The translations under genes and the position numbers were made by a program. A DNA stretch of 64,000 nucleotides from Deltaproteobacteria bacterium GWA2_38_16 (GTDB lineage: Bacteria > Bdellovibrionota > JACOXK01 > 2-02-FULL-40-11). The DNA is taken from assembly GCA_001797335.1 (NCBI GenBank), contig MGPE01000005.1, positions 153,013-217,012 of the forward strand, given 5' to 3'. The first letter of the stretch is position 1. Each line of letters starts with the position of its first letter. Below, piece by piece: positions 10,750-18,049 of this stretch. Under the pieces are notes generated by a model. It saw only the letters and a list, made by a program, of their open reading frames with translations. It had not been told where the DNA came from and searched no databases.

Positions 10750-11085
10750 ATGTTTGACTGGTTTCGAAACACGAGCAGTCAAAAGCAGTCTCCAGAAAAA
10801 GTTCTTACCTTAAAAGATCAGGTTCGCCAGCAATATGATGCTTATTATATTGGAAAAATTACTCATTTTTATGCCCGCATGGGAGTAGCCATTTTAGTGG
10901 TTGAAAAAGGAGAAATCACGTTAGGGGATACGATTTATATTCAGGGTGCCAATACGCGATTTAAACAGCACGTGACTTCTATTGAATACCAACACCGAAA
11001 AGTAAGACGCGTAGGCCCTGGCTATGAAGTTGGAATTCAACTCTCCGTCCGCGCCCGCATTGGCGATGATGTGTATCGTCTATGA
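10750..11085 (+). CDS. hypothetical small protein, possibly EF-Tu domain-2-like beta-barrel
   Basis: 111-aa ORF; weak resemblance only. Confidence 0.35.
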   Translation: MFDWFRNTSSQKQSPEKVLTLKDQVRQQYDAYYIGKITHFYARMGVAILVVEKGEITLGDTIYIQGANTRFKQHVTSIEYQHRKVRRVGPGYEVGIQLSVRARIGDDVYRL

Positions 11086-11741
11086 GCAGCTTTTCAGACT
11101 GGTATATGTATCTTGTTGTGGCAGTCATTTTTATAGCTTTTTTTATAGTTGTAAGAAGAAAAGAAAAGAAGCGTACCGAGGCTTTATCTCAATGGGCAAG
11201 ATCTCGAGGGTATTCATTCTTAGAGCAAGATTCAAATATGGTTGGGGCTCAATTTACCCGTTATTTAGAGTTATTTAATTGTGGTCGTTCTATCAAGTTT
11301 AGAAATGTTATCCGTGCAACTATAGAGGGAAAAGAAAGTCAGTTTTTTGATTATGAATATGTAACGGGAAGTGGAAAACACTCAACAACACATCGTCAAA
11401 CGGTAGCGGCTTTTTCTCTTGTGAGTACAATGTTTCCTGAGTTTACTTTATCTCCTGAAAGTTTTTTTCATAAAATAGGTTCTTTAGTTGGATATGATGA
11501 TATTGATTTTCCAGAAGACGAAATGTTTTCAAAAACATGTTTTCTAAGGGCAAAAGACATGAATGCTGTGAAAAATATTTTTAACCCCCAGGTAAGAAGT
11601 GCTTTGTTGCTCAACAAGGGTTGGTCAATTGAAAGCGGTGCACATTGGTTAATTGTTTATAAAGCTGATGATCGTATCAACGTAGAAGATTTTTCTGATT
11701 TTGTTCAAGAAACAACTCATCTTTTTCATCTTTTCGAATAG
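11082..11741 (+). CDS. hypothetical membrane-anchored protein
   Basis: N-terminal TM helix YMYLVVAVIFIAFFIVV; start overlaps upstream stop. Confidence 0.45.
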   Translation: MSSFSDWYMYLVVAVIFIAFFIVVRRKEKKRTEALSQWARSRGYSFLEQDSNMVGAQFTRYLELFNCGRSIKFRNVIRATIEGKESQFFDYEYVTGSGKHSTTHRQTVAAFSLVSTMFPEFTLSPESFFHKIGSLVGYDDIDFPEDEMFSKTCFLRAKDMNAVKNIFNPQVRSALLLNKGWSIESGAHWLIVYKADDRINVEDFSDFVQETTHLFHLFE

Positions 11742-11752
11742 TTGTTATGTTA

Positions 11753-11843
11753 TCCCCGCGAAAGCGGGGATCCAATGGCATCTCTACCTGGGTGATATCT
11801 ACACTTTCCCCTCCCTTGATGGGAGGGGATTAAGGGGAGGGTG
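11753..11843. other. GC-rich palindromic element between convergent genes (two perfect hairpins plus a G-rich direct repeat); possible bidirectional terminator or REP-like element
   Basis: TCCCCGC-GAAA-GCGGGGA (11753..11770) and CCCCTCCC-TTGAT-GGGAGGGG (11808..11828) followed by GGGGAGGG; strongly GC-rich in an AT-rich context. Confidence 0.4.
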
Positions 11844-11920
11844 AAATAAATTTAATGACACTCTCTTTCAGGATGTAGTGGCAAAAGTCGTTTTGATGCC
11901 GCTAGTCTGGTTCAATGGTT

Positions 11921-12601
11921 CTAAAGCAATAGTTCCAATAGGTGGGACTCTTCTGCTTTTTCCAAACTACTTTTTATCTTATTTTGCCACTTCTTAGGTA
12001 TTGAATTGAAGACTTTCTTAACTTCATCAATTTCATCATTATGTATGAGAGCATTTAAAATATCTATCCCGCTTTGGCGATCTTTTATGGCTTTATCTTC
12101 TTTCTGCCTTCGGTGCACTATAATGAGCTTATGCAAAGCATAGTAGATAGGATGAGGGAGTGTTATTACGAAGTTTTCTATTTCAACCTCAATCGTATGT
12201 TGAGCCAAAAAATCAAGAAATCGCAACGGCGTTGCATTAAGTCCTAACATGGGTAAAGGATGGGGTTTGTCACTTCCTCTCCCTTTTTCTGGCACCAAAA
12301 ATTCAAGCATGAGGTCTGGATGGTTTAATCTGATATATCCTTTTTCGCCTTGAAAACTTACAACAAATCCCAAATCTTTTAAGAGTAAAGGAATATCTAC
12401 TTTTTCTTTTATCTTATTTGGTGCATTAATTAGAAAATCAATATCTCGAGTTCGTAATGTGGTAAAACTCTTCTTTGAATGAAAATAATCTTTGTAAAAA
12501 GGAGCACACCAGCTTCCCACTAAAGTTAAATAATCCAAAATGCCGGTTTTGTGAAATCGCCTTAAAATTTCAAGGCATAATTCATATTGCTTCTTTTCCA
12601 C
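11921..12601 (-). CDS. nucleotidyltransferase-fold protein (minimal NTase motif GS...DxD)
   Basis: LVGSWCAPFY...TRDIDFL matches the hG[GS]...[DE]h[DE]h NTase signature; 226 aa. Confidence 0.5.
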   Translation of the reverse strand: MEKKQYELCLEILRRFHKTGILDYLTLVGSWCAPFYKDYFHSKKSFTTLRTRDIDFLINAPNKIKEKVDIPLLLKDLGFVVSFQGEKGYIRLNHPDLMLEFLVPEKGRGSDKPHPLPMLGLNATPLRFLDFLAQHTIEVEIENFVITLPHPIYYALHKLIIVHRRQKEDKAIKDRQSGIDILNALIHNDEIDEVKKVFNSIPKKWQNKIKSSLEKAEESHLLELLL

Positions 12602-12902
12602 GTAAAGTTCCTTTTAAAAACTTGATTTGTTTTTTGACTTGAGAAAGAAGATTTCTATATTTGGCTCTTAGTTTTTTAGCTTCTGCATACCTTTCAATTT
12701 CTTTTCTAGCTACTTTTCCTCTATAGACATATTTTACTTTTTTGCCGTAACGCTGAACCAGGTAATAATAATCATGCCCCCCTATCTTTCGAAGAGCTAA
12801 AGAACCCTTGGGGAGCTTTTTTAAGACACTCTCATATTGTCTCTTCATACGAAGAGAATTTCCAAGCTCTTCTTTTAAAACACCTTTAATAGGGCCTTTC
12901 AT
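12582..12902 (-). CDS. small basic protein, partner of the downstream NTase (20-bp overlap)
   Basis: 106-aa Lys/Arg-rich ORF overlapping the start of 11921..12601. Confidence 0.4.
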   Translation of the reverse strand: MKGPIKGVLKEELGNSLRMKRQYESVLKKLPKGSLALRKIGGHDYYYLVQRYGKKVKYVYRGKVARKEIERYAEAKKLRAKYRNLLSQVKKQIKFLKGTLRGKEAI

Positions 12903-12984
12903 AAGAATTACCTAACAAATATAGATATATTGTATATTGTTGGGTAATAAATGACAAGAAGTTTAATCTATGAAAAATAACTTT

Positions 12985-14004
12985 CTACCGCTTATACCAC
13001 GCAACGCATAAAGTGGGATGATTAACGCTTCGTGCGGAGATGCCGATACGGCCATTACTACCATTGAAAGTAAAGGCACTACTATAGGATTTAGTCGGAT
13101 CAATTAATGTCGAGGTCCAATAGGCAACATCACTTGTTATATTGGGTAATACTTCACGAAAACCATTGACTTCCCCTCTTTCAAAATGTTGTCTTGTCGG
13201 AACTATTCTTCCCAAGCCACCGCAGGTCATTACCGAAACATCGTAATCAAACCTTCCAATGTTATCGCTCCAAATGAGGCCAGTAGTTAGATCCTTCCAT
13301 GCTTCTCCAAAGTCTGCGCGTTCTACTCGCTCAAAAATTCCACCTTTTGAAGTTTGGCATCTAAATCCAATGGGAACAGTTCTAAGATTAATAAAAGGAT
13401 CTGTACAAGATCTGATAGGAAAAGCAGGTGGACAAGGTGGTTCAATAATAATAGGTGGATATGGCGGCACAATGACTGGGGGCTGATTTACATTTGATAT
13501 TTGTACAATCCCTGCTGCAATTTCATTTAAATTTTCTTCATATTCAAAATCAAACCCAATCATATGTCCTACTTCATGGAGAAGAAGTGTTGCTAATTTT
13601 AAATGAGAATAGGGATCTGTTAAGTCTTGATCTATTTTTAATTGTCTTTTTGAATAATCATAAAGCGCTTCCATTCGAACCAATTTTCCATCTCTCTCAG
13701 CCATCAAGGGCTGATCTCCAGAGCTGGGAGATACAATCACAAATCTCATGGCTTTGGCTTTTCGTACCCAATCGTTATAGTTATCTAAGAGCATTTCTTT
13801 GGAGAGAGGGGCAATATCTAATTGACTAAAGGCTGCTTGATTTAGATTTTCTAAATATCCAATGGTTTGAAGTTTTGCTTCTTGAAGTAAAATTTCATAA
13901 GTGGATCCCCCATTCCCCACAGAATCTGCCTGTGAATAAAGTGGATTTAAAAATCCTACGAGGATCAAAAAAAGAAAAATATGTATATGCTTCATACTGC
14001 TCAC
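12985..14004 (-). CDS. secreted protein with HExxH zinc-peptidase motif and C-terminal DUF1566/Lcl-like domain
   Basis: Signal peptide; LLLHEVGHMIGFDF; Pro-rich linker PPVIVPPYPPIIIEPPCPP; C-terminal GLIWSD...AYWTSTLI pattern. Confidence 0.55.
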   Translation of the reverse strand: MSSMKHIHIFLFLILVGFLNPLYSQADSVGNGGSTYEILLQEAKLQTIGYLENLNQAAFSQLDIAPLSKEMLLDNYNDWVRKAKAMRFVIVSPSSGDQPLMAERDGKLVRMEALYDYSKRQLKIDQDLTDPYSHLKLATLLLHEVGHMIGFDFEYEENLNEIAAGIVQISNVNQPPVIVPPYPPIIIEPPCPPAFPIRSCTDPFINLRTVPIGFRCQTSKGGIFERVERADFGEAWKDLTTGLIWSDNIGRFDYDVSVMTCGGLGRIVPTRQHFERGEVNGFREVLPNITSDVAYWTSTLIDPTKSYSSAFTFNGSNGRIGISARSVNHPTLCVAWYKR

Positions 14005-14798
14005 TCCTTTGTTTGTTTTGATACAGGGAATAATTGGATTGAAAGCGTGTAAACACGTTTTTTCTCTCCAGATTCTAAAAATCGAGCCAATTTCTTCTTA
14101 AAATGAGTAATCATCTTTTCTGCTTCTCCTAATTTCTTAGGATCAAGGGCCATCGTAACAGAAGAAAACTTCCTATGCTCTAAGGATTCTACTTCCATGG
14201 CTTTTTCAGCGAGTTTAAAATTTTGTTTATGATATTTTTGAATGGCAGAAGAGGTAACACCTGGCTCTATATTAAGGGCGGTATTTAAAGCTCTCACTAA
14301 TCGTCCACTTTCTTCTTTAATGAAATTAAGTCTTTTTAAACGTAAAAGAGCGTCTCTTGCCTCTAAAACAGAAATCCCTAATTGATCTGAAATCCATTTG
14401 AGATCGGCTTTGTTTTGTTTAAGTTTAGCCAAGCTTAAAATAGCCAAATGGTACCAATCTGAGATTATAAGAAATTCATCATTTTTTAGCTGAAGCTCAT
14501 TAAAAGTATCTTTCTCCTCTAAACCATCATTATGAACCGATTTTATGAGTTCCTTTGTTTCAATAGGGCTTAAGGAGAAGCGTTTTGCAACTTTAAGTGT
14601 ATTTATTCTTGAAAACTTTCTTTTCCCAGAAAGAACTTGGGATAAGGCAGGTGGGCTGATCTCTAAAAACTTAGCGAAAGCTCTTAAAGAATAGCTACTA
14701 TTGGTTTCTTTTTTCTTTCGATATTCTGATAAGAGCCATCCTCGAAAATCGCTACTATATTGATTTATCTCGTACATAAAGCACGGCATAAATAGCAC
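14001..14798 (-). CDS. TIGR02147-like putative DNA-binding protein
   Basis: N-terminal SLRAFAKFLEISPPALSQVLSGKRKFS matches the family signature as I recall it. Confidence 0.55.
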   Translation of the reverse strand: MLFMPCFMYEINQYSSDFRGWLLSEYRKKKETNSSYSLRAFAKFLEISPPALSQVLSGKRKFSRINTLKVAKRFSLSPIETKELIKSVHNDGLEEKDTFNELQLKNDEFLIISDWYHLAILSLAKLKQNKADLKWISDQLGISVLEARDALLRLKRLNFIKEESGRLVRALNTALNIEPGVTSSAIQKYHKQNFKLAEKAMEVESLEHRKFSSVTMALDPKKLGEAEKMITHFKKKLARFLESGEKKRVYTLSIQLFPVSKQTKE

Positions 14799-15268
14799 AA
14801 GGTACTTTGAACTTCAATAGCTTATTTCATAAAGTGTTTCGACTTATCGAAACGTTATTCCGATGAACATTCTGAAAAAGGCATCGCTTACGACCATCAA
14901 ACTCGGACTAAGGATAAGCAGGCTTTATCCTGACTAAAAGTTTCTGGATTCCGGGTCTCGCTATGCTCACCCGGGATGACACGGTGTCAATACCAGCATG
15001 ACTTAGAGTATTTTATATCCCATCCAAACACTGCTTGAATCTTAATTATGTCTGACGGAAAATCGTCCGTATCATTCTAAGTCCGTCCGGAAAATCATTA
15101 AATTATTCAATGTTTTCAAGGAAGCACGTTGGCATGTGTTTTGTATGTAAAGGCTCTGTTAAGTGTCATTGACGATTCGTCGTATATATGCGACAATGGA
15201 GGTGTTTGAATGGATGAGGCTAAAGTTGCGGTTCGATATGCGTTAGCCAATGGAAAAGGAGTTTTGGA

Positions 15269-15580
15269 ATGACTACAAGAAAACTAAGAAGCAATGAAGA
15301 AGCCCTTATAGGGGAGTTAAAAAATTCTCAAGAGGCAGCTGCATATCTTTCTGCAGCTTTAGAGGAGAACGATTTAGATATTTTTTTACTTGCTCTGAGA
15401 AGAGTGGCACAAGCTCAAGGAGTTACAAAGATCTCCACAGAAACATCTTTAAATCGGCAACATATTTATCGAGCTTTAAGTCGAAATGGAAATCCAACAT
15501 TAAAAAATCTCATGGCTATTCTCTCAGCTCTCGATTTTGAATTAGAAGTTAAACCAAGAAAAAAGGCTGTTAATGACTAA
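15269..15580 (+). CDS. HigA-family addiction-module antidote protein (HI1420-like), apparently orphan
   Basis: 103 aa; RRVAQAQGVTKISTETSLNRQHIYRALSRNGNPTLKNLMAILSAL strongly resembles the HI1420-type antitoxin HTH region. Confidence 0.7.
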   Translation: MTTRKLRSNEEALIGELKNSQEAAAYLSAALEENDLDIFLLALRRVAQAQGVTKISTETSLNRQHIYRALSRNGNPTLKNLMAILSALDFELEVKPRKKAVND

Positions 15581-15592
15581 GGGTGATTGGTA

Positions 15593-15904
15593 TCATTCGC
15601 TAACGGTAACACAAACAGAAAAAGGTTTTTCGGCTTTTTCTCTGAGGCCTAAAACGGGTGTTGATATAGAACCCATTGTGGTCATGGGATAGGTAGTGCC
15701 TGCAGTTCCGATAATTTGTCTGGCACGTAGCATTCCATTAAGTTCTCTAGAAGCCATTTCCCACCCATCACTACTTTCTGCACACATAACGCCCCAGGAC
15801 TTAAAGCTACCTGCAATTTTTCGATTTTCTTTTTTTTCCGCTGCGTAAGTGTTTGTAAAAACAAAAGATAACATCAATAGCAAAAAACTTATTTTATATT
15901 TCAT
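15593..15904 (-). CDS. small secreted hypothetical protein
   Basis: Signal peptide MKYKISFLLLMLSFVFTNTYA; 103 aa. Confidence 0.4.
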   Translation of the reverse strand: MKYKISFLLLMLSFVFTNTYAAEKKENRKIAGSFKSWGVMCAESSDGWEMASRELNGMLRARQIIGTAGTTYPMTTMGSISTPVLGLREKAEKPFSVCVTVSE

Positions 15905-16079
15905 AGTAGTCTCTCCCCTTTATTTGTCTTTTCGGAAAATGGGTGGAATTCTTTAGGGTAAATTATTTACCCGCTGCCTGTTAAGTGCTCCTATCTTCAA
16001 GAACGTCGGACGGTTTTCCGTCCGCATTTTTTTCCATTTAAGCTCAAAACCCATGGCACGTGCTTTGCATGTATAAGGT

Positions 16080-16427
16080 TTGGAGGAAAATTTTATGCCG
16101 TCAAAAAGAACTTTAGAATGGAGAGATAAACAAAAGGGATATATTGAACGGTGGAAAAAGACGATTTTAGAATTGCGTTCACGCTCTTTTTTGGAAAGAT
16201 GGAATGAAGATAAATATGAAATGGAGCTTCTTCAATGTCTTGAAAATCAAACTTTAAAAGATGTTTTTATTTTCGCTAAGAATTATGTTATGAGAGTTAA
16301 AAGTGGGAAATTTAGAACTCTAATGACAGAGGTTAATAGAGAAATTAAAGAATGTGGGACTGTTGAACCCAGTAGGTTAAATTTCTTGAAACATAGAATT
16401 GAAATAGTGAAGGAGAAGATGAAATGA
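16080..16427 (+). CDS. hypothetical small protein (TTG start)
   Basis: 115-aa ORF; stop overlaps start of next ORF (ATGA). Confidence 0.4.
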   Translation: MEENFMPSKRTLEWRDKQKGYIERWKKTILELRSRSFLERWNEDKYEMELLQCLENQTLKDVFIFAKNYVMRVKSGKFRTLMTEVNREIKECGTVEPSRLNFLKHRIEIVKEKMK

Positions 16428-16690
16428 GTACAAAAAAGAAAAATGCTTTTGATGTTGATCAATATTGGAAAAGAATAACGGATGGAGCAAAAATGGATTC
16501 TGATGTAGATGAAGAGATGCAACAAATTTTCCAAGAATTTGAACGCAGCGTGGATAATATGGGCGAAGAAGAAAAAGAAAAATTAAGACAAGTTTTTGTA
16601 AAATGCGATGAAGATGCCAAGGCAGATCGAGCCCATCAAAAAAGAAAATCCAAGAAAAAGATTAATACTGAGATTTTTCCTCTTCGTTGA
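16424..16690 (+). CDS. hypothetical small charged protein
   Basis: 88-aa ORF translationally coupled to 16080..16427; acidic core, basic C-terminus. Confidence 0.4.
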   Translation: MSTKKKNAFDVDQYWKRITDGAKMDSDVDEEMQQIFQEFERSVDNMGEEEKEKLRQVFVKCDEDAKADRAHQKRKSKKKINTEIFPLR

Positions 16691-16726
16691 CAAAGTGGGG
16701 TTTCTCTCGTATATTGGCCCTCTTTT

Positions 16727-18049
16727 ATGAGTAGATTTTGGGCAATTTTTCTTCTCCCTGTTTTTTTATTTTCATTAATAATTTCAACGGGTTGTGTTAA
16801 TCCAGACGAAAAAACAGAAATTAATATTGAAAGCCTCTTGGGAGGGCTGGGACTTACTTCTAGTATATTTGAAGAGGAGCCCCAAACACAATTAGGCACA
16901 TTGGTTTTTTATCGTTCAGAGCGGGTAGTAAAAGAGCTCTGTGAGCGATTTCAATTTAAAGGAACGTCAGACTATGCCATTCAAATTTCAGGAAAACTGG
17001 CCCAAGATATTTTAGATCACCTGGCTTATTTTTCAAAAGGCACTCTTAAAAGTGATGAAGCAGGGGTGGTCTATCTCTTTGGAGAAATTGCTCAGGATTT
17101 GTATCAGGAATTACACTCCATATTTACGATTGATGATATTTTTTATTTTGAAGGAAAAGAAATGGTGGTGGTGAGTGGTGCAGAAGCACTTTCTCTCTTA
17201 GGATTCGCAAAAGAAAAATTAGCAATATATTATGCCCAAACTCCTCAAAAAGTAGAAAGAGTTTTTGTGGCTTCTTATGAAGATGCCAGACAATGGACCA
17301 AAAATTTTCTGTTAGAATTTTATGAAGATTTAAGTATTGGATTTTCAACAAACCCCGTTAAAGTGGTCGATGCTTTGGCCGATGTAGGACATTTTGGATT
17401 GGGAGGTATTGGGCGAGTTATTTTATTAACGGGAGAAATCTGGGTGATTTCTTTTGATTCCGTCAGTAAATTAGGGGCTTTTCTAACGGGGGGAGAGTTG
17501 ATACCCGAAAGTATTCTTATTCGAAAAACAGTAAAAGGAGCTGCAGAAATAGGGTATCTCGTAGCTTCTGATGTTTCCGAGATTTTTAGGATGGCCAGTG
17601 GAGAAAAGCGTCATGGTTTTATAGAAACCGAAAATGGAGGGATATTAACCAATCCCCTCATTACGATTGATATTGCTAGCCAAACGTTGAGAAATGCTAC
17701 GTTTACATCAGATGCTGTAGTGCACTATGCCTCAGAAATGACGATTGGATATATTTCAGATAATTTAGAACTTTTAGGAGAGTTTTTAAATTTAGCTCAT
17801 GAAAATATTGTGGGAGATTTGTTGATTTTTGTAGGGGATAGCTTGTCTCGAGGGATTCATATTACCAGTCTTGGTTTAAGAGCGATTATTCATTTGGGAG
17901 GAAATAGTGTGAGTGCTTTGGTGGGTGCTTTTTCTTTTGAGAAACCTCTGGATGCAAAACTGACTCATTGTAAAAACATTTGGGACGTATTTCGAGATGA
18001 TATGATTGGGTTGTGGCATGAACTCATGAAGTTCTTACGGCTGCGGTGA
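16727..18049 (+). CDS. hypothetical lipoprotein
   Basis: Signal peptide with lipobox-like LIISTGC; 440 aa. Confidence 0.5.
   Translation: MSRFWAIFLLPVFLFSLIISTGCVNPDEKTEINIESLLGGLGLTSSIFEEEPQTQLGTLVFYRSERVVKELCERFQFKGTSDYAIQISGKLAQDILDHLAYFSKGTLKSDEAGVVYLFGEIAQDLYQELHSIFTIDDIFYFEGKEMVVVSGAEALSLLGFAKEKLAIYYAQTPQKVERVFVASYEDARQWTKNFLLEFYEDLSIGFSTNPVKVVDALADVGHFGLGGIGRVILLTGEIWVISFDSVSKLGAFLTGGELIPESILIRKTVKGAAEIGYLVASDVSEIFRMASGEKRHGFIETENGGILTNPLITIDIASQTLRNATFTSDAVVHYASEMTIGYISDNLELLGEFLNLAHENIVGDLLIFVGDSLSRGIHITSLGLRAIIHLGGNSVSALVGAFSFEKPLDAKLTHCKNIWDVFRDDMIGLWHELMKFLRLR

Noticed and set aside
12925-12945. Shared AGATATATTGTA motif at 12932 and 21043 as a common operator
   Set aside because: AT-rich 12-mer in an AT-rich genome; two occurrences are not enough to distinguish from chance
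14799-15268. GC-rich 470-bp intergenic region considered as RNase P RNA, SRP RNA or tmRNA
   Set aside because: Contains AAGTCCG-like and hairpin motifs but lacks the conserved P4 / domain IV / tRNA-like signatures on either strand; kept only as an unexplained structured region
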